The notes under the pieces are model-generated. The model was not told where the DNA came from. It saw only the letters and a program-made list of their open reading frames with translations, and did not search any database. Made by a program: the position numbers and the translations under genes. Shown here one piece after another: positions 9,886 through 21,726 of a DNA stretch of 64,000 nt. Every line of letters begins with the position of its first letter. Within the stretch, counting starts at the first letter, position 1. This DNA comes from Fidelibacterota bacterium. Its GTDB lineage: Bacteria; Fidelibacterota; Fidelibacteria; Fidelibacterales; DSDE01. Where the stretch lies: the NCBI GenBank assembly GCA_046735395.1, contig JBJKQR010000020.1, positions 1-64,000 of the forward strand. Direction: 5' to 3'.

Positions 9886-10755
9886 TTATTCCTGCATCAG
9901 GCGGCGGATTTCCGGAAGCTTCTCCCGTACGGCCTTTCGGCCCTCGAACATCAATTCCTCAAAATGCGAATATTCATACCATTCGTAGCCGTGTGTATCA
10001 GGATGGAGGCAGAGATCCGCTTCAGCCGTAATCCTGTCAGTGAGGTGGTTTTTCAGGATATGATCGGTCCGCGATACCACATCAATGGCTGAATGAAGCG
10101 GCATTTTCGAAAAATTCCGCTTCGTGACGTCAATGGCGATGATCCGGTCGACTTTGAAGCGGTCCAGGGCGCGAACCGGAACGCTTTCATAAATGATGCC
10201 GTCCACATAGGGAAAGCCGTCAATCATGACCGGTTCCACCCATCCGGGGATACTGGAAGAGGCGGCAACGGCTTCCACTATATTTCCCTCACTGAAATAG
10301 CGTCCGCTGCCGTCAATGAGATTTGCGGCACAGGCAGCGAAGGGAATATTCAGGGATTCGAAACGGATGTCGCCGAAGAGAACCTGCAGGAAGTTCTCCA
10401 TCTTTTCCGCTGAAATAATACCCAGTTTATGGGCATTCATCTTGATGATGACTTTCTCGGCCACAATTTTCGTGAACTGCTGAAGCAGCCCCGGCTCGTA
10501 ACCGGCGTGCTGCTGTTCAATATGGTGGAAGCCCATACGGTGAAAGGTATCGCTTTTCATGAATTCGGAAAAATGCTCCCGAACTTTTTTTGAATTGCGG
10601 TAATAGGCGTACAGAGCACCCACAACTGAACCGATGGACGTTCCGGATACGGCGTGAATGGGAATGCGTTCCTCTTCCAGTGCCTGCAGCACACCGATAT
10701 GGGCTATACCTCTTGCGCCCCCTCCTCCGAGAGCGACGCCCAGTGTCCGGGTCAT
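9886..10755 (-). CDS. Patatin-like phospholipase
   Basis: GGGARG, GTSIG, ASSSIPG, DG motif. Confidence 0.9.
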   Translation of the reverse strand: MTRTLGVALGGGGARGIAHIGVLQALEEERIPIHAVSGTSIGSVVGALYAYYRNSKKVREHFSEFMKSDTFHRMGFHHIEQQHAGYEPGLLQQFTKIVAEKVIIKMNAHKLGIISAEKMENFLQVLFGDIRFESLNIPFAACAANLIDGSGRYFSEGNIVEAVAASSSIPGWVEPVMIDGFPYVDGIIYESVPVRALDRFKVDRIIAIDVTKRNFSKMPLHSAIDVVSRTDHILKNHLTDRITAEADLCLHPDTHGYEWYEYSHFEELMFEGRKAVREKLPEIRRLMQE

Positions 10756-10756
10756 G

Positions 10757-11626
10757 TCAGTTCTTATTCATATAGACGTACATGGGGATGGAAGTGACGG
10801 GATTGTCCCTGCCGTCTCGTTTCTGATTCACGATCTTTTCAATGACTTCCAGGCCGTCCACCACTTCGCCGAATACGGTATACTGATGATCGAGCTGACC
10901 CACGTCACCGGCACAGATGAAGAACTGGGAACCGGCGCTGTTGATGTCGCGGGCCCGGGCCATGGACAGAATACCCATGCGATGATGGATATCATTGAAT
11001 TCCGCATTCACGGTGTAGCCGGGGCCTCCGGTTCCGTCATTGCTGCGGTCCGCATCCCGGGAATTGATGTCCCCGCCCTGTATCACAAAACCGGGAATGA
11101 TGCGATGGAAGGTGGTTCCGTTGAAATAGCCGGCTTCGGCCAGGCGCTTGAAGTTTGCGGCATGATTGGGAGCCTTGTCCGTGAAAAAGCGGACGGTCAT
11201 TTTGCCGAAAGGTGTTTCGATGGTTGCGGTTTCATTCGGTCCCACCGGTGTGGGCGGTGTGGTGGCCACGGTGGCCAGTACATCCTGAATGTCATCGGGA
11301 CTGAGCGTCCGGGTGATTTTATGTACGATGTCCACTGCGTTCTGCAGTTTTTCCGCATCCGCCACCTCACTCTGAGGATAGCTGTCTGCGAAGTCTGCAT
11401 AATCGAAGACGGTGCTGCAATTGTCCCAGGCCGTCTGTTCCATTTCCTTTTTCATGTCCATAGCATATTGTCCTTCCGGGTATTTGTCGATGAATGCCTG
11501 CATCTGTTTTACATTCCGGCTTTTGACTGCGGTGTCAAAATCCGTTTTCTCCCTTGACCGGGAACAGGAGCTCAGTGAAAACACGAGTGTTGCGCCGATC
11601 AGGGCCATAATCCATTTTGCTTTCAT
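10757..11626 (-). CDS. Cyclophilin-type peptidyl-prolyl isomerase, lipoprotein
   Basis: Lipobox LSSC, FHRIIPGFVIQGGD, SAGSQFFI, YTVFGEV. Confidence 0.92.
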   Translation of the reverse strand: MKAKWIMALIGATLVFSLSSCSRSREKTDFDTAVKSRNVKQMQAFIDKYPEGQYAMDMKKEMEQTAWDNCSTVFDYADFADSYPQSEVADAEKLQNAVDIVHKITRTLSPDDIQDVLATVATTPPTPVGPNETATIETPFGKMTVRFFTDKAPNHAANFKRLAEAGYFNGTTFHRIIPGFVIQGGDINSRDADRSNDGTGGPGYTVNAEFNDIHHRMGILSMARARDINSAGSQFFICAGDVGQLDHQYTVFGEVVDGLEVIEKIVNQKRDGRDNPVTSIPMYVYMNKN

Positions 11627-11628
11627 GT

Positions 11629-12420
11629 TTATCCTCTTTTATTTATCTGTTGACGATGACTGATTTCATGCTGGAGGCAAATTTCAAAGGGAAGGGTGCG
11701 TCCGGTTTTTTCCAGTATGCCGCGAACCTGTTCCTCCAGAAGTGCCGGCCTGTTGTTTTCCTCACTGAGGTGAATGAAGGAAATCCCCTGAAGTTCCGGG
11801 GATGGAAGCAGATTTTCCAGAAGTTCCAGACTCTGATGATTGCTGAGGTGGCCGAAGCGGCTGCGGATGCGGCGCTGCAGCTCAAGGGGGTAGCTTCCGT
11901 TGCGAAGCATTTCCACGTCGTGATTTGCTTCCAGATACAGATAGCTGCAGGTACCGGCAAGCTGTCTGACCAGATGGGACACATGGCCCAGATCCGTGAA
12001 AATACCGGTGCGGATGTCACTCGATTCAATAATGTAATTGACGGGTTCCCGTGCATCATGACTGATACCGAAACTGTGTATCCGGGTGCTGTTTATCGAT
12101 ATTTCATGTCCCGGCTGAAAACTGTGAATCCGGGGAACATCGTTCAGCAGCCCTTTGTCATCCAGCGCTTCCCGGGTACCCGCACTGACATATACGGGGA
12201 TATTGTACTTTTTCGCCAGAACCCGGACGCCTTTCACGTGATCCGTGTGTTCGTGGGTGATGAACAGGGCGTCAAGATTCTCCGGATCATGTCCGCTTTC
12301 GTTGAGACGCAGAACCAGCTGCCGCGCGGACAGGCCCTGGTCAAACAGGATTCTGCAGTCTTCCGTCTCCACGTATATGCTGTTCCCCTTGGAACCGCTG
12401 GCCAGTGCCTGTGTCAGCAT
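11629..12420 (-). CDS. MBL-fold metallohydrolase (YycJ/WalJ-like)
   Basis: ASGSKGN, THEHTDH, EANHD, GHLSN, HLSEENN. Confidence 0.9.
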   Translation of the reverse strand: MLTQALASGSKGNSIYVETEDCRILFDQGLSARQLVLRLNESGHDPENLDALFITHEHTDHVKGVRVLAKKYNIPVYVSAGTREALDDKGLLNDVPRIHSFQPGHEISINSTRIHSFGISHDAREPVNYIIESSDIRTGIFTDLGHVSHLVRQLAGTCSYLYLEANHDVEMLRNGSYPLELQRRIRSRFGHLSNHQSLELLENLLPSPELQGISFIHLSEENNRPALLEEQVRGILEKTGRTLPFEICLQHEISHRQQINKRG

Positions 12421-12629
12421 CGCTCACCTTCCGGATTCAGGAAGATAAATTCGTAAATTTTCCTCATGTATTCAAAGAGAAAATCGTACCGGGGCATTTC
12501 CGGACGGATTCAGGACTAAAATATCTGATATCAGGACAGATGTGCTCAATGTCATCAATCAGGCCCGGCCTTGGTCGATGCATGAAATTATGTTTTACTC
12601 TACAAATTTGTAAGTGTATATTACTAACT

Positions 12630-14369
12630 ATGATGCGGAAAGGAATAATCCTTCTTCTGGGGCTTTCTGCACTGCTGGCAGCCTCATCACCCGGACTTGA
12701 TACTGTTCTGGAGCGGATTTCAGGGGAGTCTCAGAGTCAGCAGCTTCAGTCGCTTGCACAATTTTCCGAGAAAATTTACGGCAGTGATCCAGCTCTGGCT
12801 CTGGAGACGAATGCATATTGCCGTATCCTGGCCGCCCGGTCCGGCAACAAGGCTCTCATAGGGGATTCCTTTTACCAGTCCGGGTATATCTGCTTTCGTC
12901 TTTCCATGACCGATTCATCCGAATATTATCTTCTCAAATCCCTCGATATTCGCCGCGAAATCGGGGACAGTTCCGGTTTCGCCGTGTCGCTGAACAGGCT
13001 GGGAAATGTTTACTGGGGAATGAATGAGCAGATGAAGGCCTTTCATAACTTCACCCGGGCCCGGGATATTCATCATCGTCTCGGGGACGTGCGGGAGGAA
13101 GGCCGTGCGCTCAATAATCTGGGCAACTGCTACCGGCAGTGGGGAAATTATGACAAGGCTCTGGAATATTTTCTTGAAGCATCCCAATTGTACGATGACT
13201 GCGGATATGATGAGGGCGCCGCGTGGCTGAATTTTTCCATTACGCTTCTGTACAACAGACTTGGATATTACAACAAATCACTGCAGTACGTGAAAAAATC
13301 GCTGCAAACCTATCTGTCTCTGACGAATCAGCACCGTGACAGCAGCGGCATCATGATCTGTTACGGACAGATGGGAGAAATATACAGCCGTCTCGGAGAT
13401 TATCAGAATGCCCTGATTTATCATAAGAAGGCACTTGCAATGCGGATTCGCCGGGGTATCAGCGGATCTATTGCCGACGGGTACACGGGGATCGGGCGGG
13501 TTTATTATGAGCTGGGTGAATATGATCTGGCCCTGGAAAATCTTCAGGAAGCCATTACGGTGAGAAATAAACTGCGTGCAAAGATCGGAATCTCAACGCC
13601 GTTACGATACATCGGGTTGATTTACCTGTCACGGGGCGATACGGCAAAGGCGCTCGAATATCTGGAAAAAGGCCTGAGTTTTGCCCGTGATTACAGTCAG
13701 TTGCCCAATGAGGCCGGAATACTCAAGGTCCTGGCGTCAATTTCAGCCGATCGTCACGAATACCGCAGAGCGTTTGATCTCAATCAGGCCTTTCAGATGG
13801 TTCAGGACAGTCTATCAAATATCGAAGTTCAGAAGAGTGTGGCGCGACTGAGAGCAGACTATGATCTGCAGGAATCGGAAAAGGAAAATCTCCGTCTTTC
13901 ACAGGAAAACCGGAATAAGGAGCTGCAGCTTCAGAAGAGCCGTGGCCGGAGCCGCTCTCTCATCATGGTTATTCTGATTATTTTCCTTCTTGTCCTGATT
14001 GTTCTGTATTATTACCGAAAATCCCGCAGGGATAACGTTCTTCTCCGCGAGATGAACCATGAAATCAGCGCAGCACACCAGTCTCTGACGGAAGAGGTTA
14101 CAGAGCGGAAACGGATCGAGAAGGAGCGTGAAGATCTCATCATTGAGCTTCAGGAAAGCCTGAACAACGTCAAGACACTCAAAGGCCTGATCCCGATCTG
14201 TTCGAACTGTAAAAAAGTCCGGAATGATGACGGATATTATGAGCAGCTGGAAAAATACCTGTCCGAACATACGGAGGCGGAATTTTCGCATGGCCTCTGC
14301 GCGGATTGCTATGCGACGCTCTATCCGGAATTAAAACAGCCGCCGGAAGACGGCTCCGACGTCGATTGA
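12630..14369 (+). CDS. Membrane sensor-like protein: exported TPR array, one TM helix, coiled coil, C-terminal CxxC...CxxC domain
   Basis: Signal peptide, repeated TPR motifs (ALNNLGNCY...YDKALEYF), TM segment, C-terminus LKGLIPICSNCKK...FSHGLCADC. Confidence 0.75.
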   Translation: MMRKGIILLLGLSALLAASSPGLDTVLERISGESQSQQLQSLAQFSEKIYGSDPALALETNAYCRILAARSGNKALIGDSFYQSGYICFRLSMTDSSEYYLLKSLDIRREIGDSSGFAVSLNRLGNVYWGMNEQMKAFHNFTRARDIHHRLGDVREEGRALNNLGNCYRQWGNYDKALEYFLEASQLYDDCGYDEGAAWLNFSITLLYNRLGYYNKSLQYVKKSLQTYLSLTNQHRDSSGIMICYGQMGEIYSRLGDYQNALIYHKKALAMRIRRGISGSIADGYTGIGRVYYELGEYDLALENLQEAITVRNKLRAKIGISTPLRYIGLIYLSRGDTAKALEYLEKGLSFARDYSQLPNEAGILKVLASISADRHEYRRAFDLNQAFQMVQDSLSNIEVQKSVARLRADYDLQESEKENLRLSQENRNKELQLQKSRGRSRSLIMVILIIFLLVLIVLYYYRKSRRDNVLLREMNHEISAAHQSLTEEVTERKRIEKEREDLIIELQESLNNVKTLKGLIPICSNCKKVRNDDGYYEQLEKYLSEHTEAEFSHGLCADCYATLYPELKQPPEDGSDVD

Positions 14370-14391
14370 CAAACGCCCGTTCTGCTATAAT
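14366..14391 (+). promoter_or_regulatory. Possible sigma70 extended -10 promoter for DUF2851 gene
   Basis: TGcTATAAT at 14383-14391. TTGACA lies upstream but the spacer is only 14 nt. Confidence 0.4.
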
Positions 14392-14474
14392 TATTTCATA
14401 ACTTGCCCCCGGCATAAAAACTCCCTACTTTTTATCAGACCTGTTCTAATGTGGTGAAAAATCGGGGGTGAACC

Positions 14475-15821
14475 ATGGATTTATCCTGCTGGGGAAAATT
14501 GTTTGAACCGGATGGAAATTATTGTTCGGAAACCGCGCTTCAGCGCCTGTGGAAAAAGGAACTCTGGAAGAAATTCTATCGTGGCCTGGGTGGAGAGGAA
14601 GTACAGATTCTGGATCCCGGGCATCATAACCCGGTACAGGGCCCGGATTTCAGACATGCCCGTCTGTACATAGACGGACGGCTTGTCAATGGGGATGTGG
14701 AGCTTCATTTTGACAATATGGACTGGTACCACCATGGGCACCATACGAATCCGGAATATAATTCGGTCGTACTGCATGTTGTTTTCCGGAATACGGACGG
14801 ATCTTCCTATGTCACGACCGCCCGGCGTCAGCGGGTGCCCAATCTTCTCATTCCCCTGGCGGACCTGCCATCCGGTTTCAGTGAGGACTGTCCCGTCAGG
14901 ATAAAGCCGGACGCCGCTATCATTGAGGAACTGTGCCGGGCCGGACGGAAGCGCTGTCTGGAAAAAGCCGGTTTCTTCTATGCCCGCCGCCGTCGCTTTT
15001 CCTTTGATCTCGTGTTTTTCTGGGGGCTATTCAAGGTATGTGGCTACCGCTATAATACGCGGAATTTCATTGCGCTGTTTCTGTCTCTTCCCTGGGATAA
15101 AATTTTTGACGGCAGTATTCCGTCTGCGGACCTGGAAGCGATCCTGTTTTATTACAGCGGAATCAGGCAGAATCCTCCTGATGGACAGATGTTAAAGTAT
15201 GAAGAGCTTGTCCGGCATTCGGGGATTCAAGTGCAGGGAAATGCATCGCATCGCCTGGAATGGAGTTACAGCCGAAGCCGTCCCGGGAATTTTCCGGACC
15301 GGAGGATCGCGTGGCTGGCGGCGATGATCCGCACATACAGGGGGATGGATACGCGGTCATGGCTGCTGGGGGACTGGTCGGACTTTACAAAAGCGGATGC
15401 GCGGCTGAAAGACCTGTTTGAGGCCGGGCCCTATGATGCATACTGGATGAGGCGCTACCGCCTGGGTGGAAAAGAGGGCCGGCCGCTGTCACTGACTCCG
15501 GGCCGCTCCGTTCGGCGGGAGTTTTTGTTGAATGTTCTGGCTCCCCTTATGAAAGCGGAGGCCATGGCCGAACGTGAAAATGAGGAGGTGCTGAATACCG
15601 CGAATGAAATGGCCGGATTGACCGAGACCATCCGAACGGATTCGCTGTACCTCGATGTGGAAAAATTTTTTCGGCACCACGAAGTACGTGTGAATGAAAA
15701 AGCCCGCGGCTGGCTAGTGTCACAAGGTGTGCTCTACTGTCGGGAACATTACTGCAACCTGAGACTCCATGCTCTGTGTCCGGTCTGTTCCCCACCTCAT
15801 CAGGATTTGAAATTGTCCTGA
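14475..15821 (+). CDS. DUF2851 family protein
   Basis: GPDF, GDVELH, DWYHHGHHTNPEYNSVVLHVV, RPGNFPDRRI, C-terminal Cys cluster. Confidence 0.8.
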   Translation: MDLSCWGKLFEPDGNYCSETALQRLWKKELWKKFYRGLGGEEVQILDPGHHNPVQGPDFRHARLYIDGRLVNGDVELHFDNMDWYHHGHHTNPEYNSVVLHVVFRNTDGSSYVTTARRQRVPNLLIPLADLPSGFSEDCPVRIKPDAAIIEELCRAGRKRCLEKAGFFYARRRRFSFDLVFFWGLFKVCGYRYNTRNFIALFLSLPWDKIFDGSIPSADLEAILFYYSGIRQNPPDGQMLKYEELVRHSGIQVQGNASHRLEWSYSRSRPGNFPDRRIAWLAAMIRTYRGMDTRSWLLGDWSDFTKADARLKDLFEAGPYDAYWMRRYRLGGKEGRPLSLTPGRSVRREFLLNVLAPLMKAEAMAERENEEVLNTANEMAGLTETIRTDSLYLDVEKFFRHHEVRVNEKARGWLVSQGVLYCREHYCNLRLHALCPVCSPPHQDLKLS

Positions 15822-16396
15822 ATATCCGATTTCAGAATGCCCATGACATAAAAATCACAGTAATGGCCGTTATGATACATGGCCTGACGCAGGGTTCCCT
15901 CTATCCGGTAGCCGATATTCGAATAAATCTTTACGGCGGCGGTATTTTCAGTATTGACGTGTAACTGGATCCGGTTGAGATTCAGCTCATTCAGGGCATA
16001 ATCACGGACAGCCTGACTGATTTCGGTGCCGTACTTCTTTCCCCACAGATCCGGCTGGAGAATGGCGATATAGAAGACTGCAGACCGGCTGATGTAATCA
16101 ATTCGCACCAGTCCGCTCTGGCCGATGAATGTTCCGCTTTCCTTTTCAAATACGGAAAACATGAGCGTGGCGGGATTGGAACGGTTCTCCAGAATCCGGT
16201 CCCGCATCTGTTCCCGGGACTGGGGCAGGGCCAGAAAGAGCGCATCGCGGATAATTTCCTCGTTTTCCTGATGATAGAGAAGGTCAACATCTTCAGAAGA
16301 AATTTCTCTGAAAATACAACGGTCACTGTTCATAAAATTAGCCTTGTCCTTCATGGGATTGTCCTTATGCTTCGGGTGTTTCTTCCCCATTCTCAT
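15800..16396 (-). CDS. GNAT acetyltransferase (RimJ/RimL family)
   Basis: WGKKYGTE, LNLNRIQL, NTAAVKIY, EGTLRQ. True start may be a downstream Met. Confidence 0.85.
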   Translation of the reverse strand: MRMGKKHPKHKDNPMKDKANFMNSDRCIFREISSEDVDLLYHQENEEIIRDALFLALPQSREQMRDRILENRSNPATLMFSVFEKESGTFIGQSGLVRIDYISRSAVFYIAILQPDLWGKKYGTEISQAVRDYALNELNLNRIQLHVNTENTAAVKIYSNIGYRIEGTLRQAMYHNGHYCDFYVMGILKSDIQDNFKS

Positions 16397-16490
16397 TTGA
16401 ATGGGTCTGCGGGGATTCCTTCGTATTCATTGGACATTAATTTAGCTAAATTCATCCGGAAAGTCAGTGTGCTTGTTCAAAACGGAAGGA

Positions 16491-17234
16491 ATGGAAAGAA
16501 TGAAAGAGGAAATAAAATCGGGCAGCAGGAATTCCATGGCGATACTTGCCGCCGCGATGGTGATGTCTGCGGCGATTTTTGGCTGGTTTGTGGAAAAAGC
16601 GGCTGTCCGGGTGAAGGAATATGAGCGCAGCGTAACCGTGAAGGGGCTTGCAGAGCGGGAAGTTCCGGCGGATGTGGCCATCTGTCCCATCAGTTTTACA
16701 CGGGCCGACAACGAGATTACGACCCTCTATGCGTCAATGGATCGCGACAGTCATCTCATTATAGAATTTCTTCGTCAATTCGGAATAAAAGATGAGGAAA
16801 TTTCCGTGTCCACGCCCCAGGTGACGGACAAACTTGCCCAGCAGTACGGAGGAAACCAAACCGTCGAATTTCGGTACACGGGAATGGAGACCGTGACAGT
16901 CTATTCGTCTGCAATCGACAGTGTACGGTCGCTGACGGCGAGATTAAAGGAACTGGGGAAGACGGGGATCACCATAACGGATAACCGTTTTCAGGGCGGC
17001 GGCACGCGCTACCTGTTTGAAAACCTGAACAGCATCAAGCCGGAAATGGTGGAAGACGCCACGCAGAATGCCCGGGAGGTCGCGGAGAAATTTGCCCATG
17101 ACAGTCACAGCCGCCTGGGAAAGATCCGTCACGCCTCGCAGGGACAGTTTTCCATCAGCAGCCGTGACAACAATAATCCGCAGATTAAAAAAGTGCGTGT
17201 TGTGAGCACGATCAGTTATTATTTATCAGATTAA
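16491..17234 (+). CDS. SIMPL (DUF541) domain protein
   Basis: VTVKGLAEREV, KPEMVEDATQNAR, ASQGQFSI, KKVRVV. Confidence 0.85.
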   Translation: MERMKEEIKSGSRNSMAILAAAMVMSAAIFGWFVEKAAVRVKEYERSVTVKGLAEREVPADVAICPISFTRADNEITTLYASMDRDSHLIIEFLRQFGIKDEEISVSTPQVTDKLAQQYGGNQTVEFRYTGMETVTVYSSAIDSVRSLTARLKELGKTGITITDNRFQGGGTRYLFENLNSIKPEMVEDATQNAREVAEKFAHDSHSRLGKIRHASQGQFSISSRDNNNPQIKKVRVVSTISYYLSD

Positions 17235-17265
17235 AGTCGGTGTAAATAGTCAAGGGCAGACTCGC

Positions 17266-18081
17266 TTATTCTGCCTGCGGTTTTTCAATGGCCGTGAAGG
17301 GGTGAAGGAAACTGTAAATCGCCGTTTCCAGCGCATCCGGATTGGCAGCATGCTTTTCAATGATCCGTACCAGCGCCGATCCGATAATTGCGCCGTCGGC
17401 GCCGGATGCTTTCATTCGAAGTGCATCATCGGGACGGGAAATGCCGAATCCTGCGCAGATCGGGAGATCCGTTCGCTGATGAATCGCGCTGATGATATCC
17501 GCCAGATGAAGGGCCGGATGCTCGTGGGTACCGGTCACACCCAGGCGGGACAGCAGGTAGATGAAGGCGTCTGACTTTGAAATGATGGTTTCGAGCCGTT
17601 CTGCCTGAGTCAGCGTGGAGACGGTATACACCGGCCGGATGCCTGCTTTTTCAGCCGCGTCCTGAAAGGGTGCGGATTCTTCGACCGGAACGTCCGCAAG
17701 CAGCACCGAATCTACGCCCGCATCGGCGAGAGCAGAATAAAATTCATTCAGTCCCTTTGCCATGGCGGCATTTGCGTAGGCCAGTATACCGATGGGCGTA
17801 TCGGGATGACGCTGCCGCAATTCGCGGATTATACTGAGTGCATCGCGGAAGCGGAAGCCGTTTGAAAGAGCCTGATGAGCCGCTGCCTGCAGCAGGGGTC
17901 CATCCGCGACCGGATCGGAAAAGGGCAGTCCCAGTTCAAGGGCATTTGCGCCGGCCCGGACGAACATATCACTCGCCAGCAGGGAAATATCATTGTTGGG
18001 AAAACCCAGCGTTGTGTACGCGATAAGTGCGCTTTTGCCATTTTTTCTCAGAGTGTCGAATGTGTCTTGATAGCGATTCAT
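17266..18081 (-). CDS. trpA: Tryptophan synthase alpha subunit
   Basis: [31 protein letters not shown]. Confidence 0.96.
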   Translation of the reverse strand: MNRYQDTFDTLRKNGKSALIAYTTLGFPNNDISLLASDMFVRAGANALELGLPFSDPVADGPLLQAAAHQALSNGFRFRDALSIIRELRQRHPDTPIGILAYANAAMAKGLNEFYSALADAGVDSVLLADVPVEESAPFQDAAEKAGIRPVYTVSTLTQAERLETIISKSDAFIYLLSRLGVTGTHEHPALHLADIISAIHQRTDLPICAGFGISRPDDALRMKASGADGAIIGSALVRIIEKHAANPDALETAIYSFLHPFTAIEKPQAE

Positions 18082-19262
18082 ATTTCCATCCCCCGGGTTG
18101 CGGCCACAGAAAAAATATCCTTATCACCCCGTCCGCTGAGATTGACGATAACGGGTTGATCCGTTGAAAAGCGCTGTTTTTCACGGATGATCCAGGCGAG
18201 AGCATGGGAGGATTCGAGGGCCGGGATGATGCCTTCCCGGCGGCTGAGCAGTTCAAAGGCCGAAAGGGCCTCTTCATCGCTGACGTGATCGTATCCTGCC
18301 CGGCCTTTTTCCCTGAGCCAGGCATGTTCGGGGCCGATGGCCGGATAATCCAGGCCTGCGGAGACGGAGTGGGTCTGAGACACCTGTCCGTCCTCATTCT
18401 GCAGAATATATGTCCGCGTTCCATGGAGTATTCCGGGCCGGGCGAAGCGGTCATCGGCAAAGCGGGCTGCGTGCCGGCCCTCATCCAGAGAACTCCCGCC
18501 GGCTTCGACACCGATGAGCTGTACATCCGAATCATCATAGAAGGCACGAAAGATCCCGGCGGCATTGGACCCGCCGCCCACGCAGGCAATCACGGCTGCC
18601 GGAAGACACTTTTCCCGTTCCAGAATCTGCTGTCGGGCTTCCTGTCCGATCACCGCCTGAAAGGCAGCGACCATGTCTGGAAATGGGTGCGGCCCCAGAA
18701 CGGAACCCAGGAGGTAATGCGTATTTTCCACATTCGCGGACCAGTCCCGGAGGGCTTCATTAATGGCATCCTTCAGCGTTTTTGATCCGCTGCTGACAGG
18801 ATGGACCCGGGCGCCGAGCAGACGCATGCGATACACATTGGGCTTCTGCCGTTCCATGTCCGTTTCGCCCATATAAATTTCACAGTTCAGGTTGAGGCGG
18901 GCGCAGGCGGTGGCGGTCGCGACACCATGCTGGCCGGCACCGGTTTCGGCGATGATCCGGGTTTTTCCGGCTCTGCGGGCAAGCAGCGCCTGTCCGAGAG
19001 CATTATTCAGCTTGTGGGCGCCGCTGTGCAGCAGGTCTTCCCGTTTCAGATACAGATTCAGGCCCAGATCTGCGGAGAGGTTGGGACAGGCCGTGAGAGG
19101 AGTGGGGCGGCCGGCATAATGCCGAAGCAGGGTTTCCAGTTCCTGAATGAATCCGGGGTCGCTGCGGGCGGTCTGATAGAGTTTTTCAAGTTCCAGAACT
19201 GCGGGCATGAGCACTTCAGCAACGAAGCGTCCGCCGTATCGGCCGAAATAGGCTTGGTCCAT
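18078..19262 (-). CDS. trpB: Tryptophan synthase beta subunit
   Basis: [30 protein letters not shown]. Confidence 0.97.
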   Translation of the reverse strand: MDQAYFGRYGGRFVAEVLMPAVLELEKLYQTARSDPGFIQELETLLRHYAGRPTPLTACPNLSADLGLNLYLKREDLLHSGAHKLNNALGQALLARRAGKTRIIAETGAGQHGVATATACARLNLNCEIYMGETDMERQKPNVYRMRLLGARVHPVSSGSKTLKDAINEALRDWSANVENTHYLLGSVLGPHPFPDMVAAFQAVIGQEARQQILEREKCLPAAVIACVGGGSNAAGIFRAFYDDSDVQLIGVEAGGSSLDEGRHAARFADDRFARPGILHGTRTYILQNEDGQVSQTHSVSAGLDYPAIGPEHAWLREKGRAGYDHVSDEEALSAFELLSRREGIIPALESSHALAWIIREKQRFSTDQPVIVNLSGRGDKDIFSVAATRGMEI

Positions 19263-19273
19263 GAAAGGGTTCC

Positions 19274-20677
19274 TTACTTTATTGCAGTGGAATCAATGTA
19301 TGGGTTGATTCCGCATTGTTCATCAATTATCCGGAAAAATTGCCGGACTTTTTCGTGGTCTTTGGTTCCGGGAGTGGTTTCGAGTGACGAGGACAGATCC
19401 ACTCCGTCCGGGACATAGGCCAGCAGGTCGGAAATATTCGAACTGTTTATGCCGCCGGCCACAAAGAAAAATGTGTGTTTCGGAAGCGTCGGCAGCTTTT
19501 CCCAGGAAAAGGTGATCCCGCTGCCGCCGGCCAGTTTTTCGTGATAGCTGTCCAGCAGACAGGCATGCCGGTTCTGAAAATCTTCCGGGAGCGGCGTCAG
19601 GGTCTCCCGGATACGATGCACCTGAATCAATTTTTCTGAACCGAGTCCCTCGGGCACCGTGAAGCACTGACAGAGATCGCAGCCGGATTCAATGAATGTT
19701 TCACGGATATAATCCGGATCCTCATCGCCGAATACGGCAACTGTCCGGATACGGGGGAAACGGGATTTGAGTTCCAGGGCCATCGTTGCGGCCTGGGGCG
19801 GAGCCACAAAACGCGGTGATTTTCGGTGGAATACGAAGCCGAGATAATCCGCACCGGCTTCTGCTGTAAAAATTGCGTCCTCCCTGTTCGTCATTCCGCA
19901 AACCTTGATTTTCGGACGGAAAAAAGCACGGATGTGACGGTCCATATCCCCGGCCTTGAGAATGGAGGTGCCGATCAGGGCCGCGTGAGCAGATCCGTGG
20001 ATTTTTCGGATATCATCCGCATCATGAATTCCGCTTTCCGAGACGATAATGACGTTCCGATCCGAAAGTTCACGGCTGAGTTTCTGTGTCGTGTTCAGAT
20101 CTATGGTCAGCGTATCCAGATTCCGGTTATTGATACCGATGATGCGGGCATTTGCCGGCACTTTGGCCAGATCATCCTGATCATGAATTTCAAACAGGAC
20201 ATCCATGGCGAGAGAGGCGGCGAGCTGCGAGAGGGTGATGAGCTCTTCCCTGCTGAGAATCCGGGCAATGAGCAGAATGGCATCCGCTCCGTAGTATCTT
20301 GCTTCGTATATCTGGTAGGGATCAATGATGAAATCCTTTCTCAGGATCGGTTTGGACGTGAGCTCCGCTGCGGTACGGAGATCTTCCACGGATCCGCCGA
20401 AGAAGTGGCTGTCTGTCAGAATGGACAGCGCTTTTACGAAGGGATTTTCATCATATATTTTCACCACATCCTGCAGGGTGCGGTCAGATAGAATCTGATT
20501 TTCAGAAGGGGATTTCCGCTTGAATTCTGTTATCAGCCCCGGATGCCTCTGTCCGGCAATATCCCTGAAATTTCGGGAGGATGGCTGCAGCTCATGGATG
20601 AAGCTGTCGAGTTGGAATGCCGTCTTTCGTTCCGCCACATCCCGGCGTTTCTGAGTGACAATGCGATCAAGTATCAT
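19274..20677 (-). CDS. trpCF: Bifunctional indole-3-glycerol phosphate synthase / phosphoribosylanthranilate isomerase
   Basis: [27 protein letters not shown], then IKVCG, GGSG, VAGG, VDLSS. Confidence 0.93.
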   Translation of the reverse strand: MILDRIVTQKRRDVAERKTAFQLDSFIHELQPSSRNFRDIAGQRHPGLITEFKRKSPSENQILSDRTLQDVVKIYDENPFVKALSILTDSHFFGGSVEDLRTAAELTSKPILRKDFIIDPYQIYEARYYGADAILLIARILSREELITLSQLAASLAMDVLFEIHDQDDLAKVPANARIIGINNRNLDTLTIDLNTTQKLSRELSDRNVIIVSESGIHDADDIRKIHGSAHAALIGTSILKAGDMDRHIRAFFRPKIKVCGMTNREDAIFTAEAGADYLGFVFHRKSPRFVAPPQAATMALELKSRFPRIRTVAVFGDEDPDYIRETFIESGCDLCQCFTVPEGLGSEKLIQVHRIRETLTPLPEDFQNRHACLLDSYHEKLAGGSGITFSWEKLPTLPKHTFFFVAGGINSSNISDLLAYVPDGVDLSSSLETTPGTKDHEKVRQFFRIIDEQCGINPYIDSTAIK

Positions 20678-21726
20678 GCCTGGCTCAGCTCCTTCAGAGC
20701 AATCAGGGTCGCCAGTGCTTTGCCGTTATCCAGGGTCTGGGCGGCAAGGCTGATTCCCTCCATCGGCGTGTTTGTTTTTCCGGCGGCACAGAGCGCGAAA
20801 GCGGCATTCAGCAGAACAATGTCCCGATGGGGGCCATTTTCCCCATTGAGTACATCCATAATAATTTTTGCATTGGTTGCCGCATCGCCCCCGCGGATGG
20901 CAGAGATGGGTGCGGGAGTCAGTCCGAAATCGGCGGGGTGCACCTGATAATTGCTAATCTGCCCGTCCCGGAGTTCGCTGACATAGGTTTCTCCGCTGAG
21001 AGTCAGCTCATCCAGGGTATCAGCGCCATGAACCACATAGGCCCGTTTTGTACCGAGATTCATCAGGACCGCGGCCAGTTTCCGGGTGAGGTCGGGAGCG
21101 TACACACCCAGGACCTGGGCGGTGGCACCGGCAGGATTTGTCAGAGGGCCGAGGACATTGAATACCGTCCGAACGCCTAATTCCTTCCGGACGCCTCCGG
21201 CATATTTCATGGCTGAATGGAGCAGCTGGGCAAAGAGAAATCCGATACCGATTTTCTGTATAAAGCCGGCGACCTGTTCCGGTGTGACCTGCAGATTGAC
21301 GCCGAGAGCCTCGAGAACATCGGCAGAGCCGCAGGCAGAGCTGGCGGCGCGGTTTCCGTGCTTGGCCACCTTCACGCCGGTGGCGGCTACTACGAAGGCC
21401 GTCACTGTGGAGATATTGAAAGTATTGGTGCCGGTACCGCCGGTTCCGCAGGTATCCAGAATGGTTTCCGGATCCAGATTGATGTCTTCCCGATCCAGAT
21501 CCAGGCTCTGGCCCCGGACCGGAATCTTTGTTGATTTTTCCCGCATGGTTTCGGCAGAGCCGGTAATTTCCTCCACCGTTTCACCCTTCATTCGCAGGGC
21601 CGTGAGATACGCGGCAATCTGCGCGTCCGTACAGGATCCGCTCATAATTTCATTCATCGTCGCGGCGGCTTCAGCGCGGGTCAGATCTTCTTTCTTAACC
21701 AGTTTGGCAATCGTTTCCTTAATCAT
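20674..21726 (-). CDS. trpD: Anthranilate phosphoribosyltransferase
   Basis: [27 protein letters not shown]. Confidence 0.95.
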   Translation of the reverse strand: MIKETIAKLVKKEDLTRAEAAATMNEIMSGSCTDAQIAAYLTALRMKGETVEEITGSAETMREKSTKIPVRGQSLDLDREDINLDPETILDTCGTGGTGTNTFNISTVTAFVVAATGVKVAKHGNRAASSACGSADVLEALGVNLQVTPEQVAGFIQKIGIGFLFAQLLHSAMKYAGGVRKELGVRTVFNVLGPLTNPAGATAQVLGVYAPDLTRKLAAVLMNLGTKRAYVVHGADTLDELTLSGETYVSELRDGQISNYQVHPADFGLTPAPISAIRGGDAATNAKIIMDVLNGENGPHRDIVLLNAAFALCAAGKTNTPMEGISLAAQTLDNGKALATLIALKELSQA

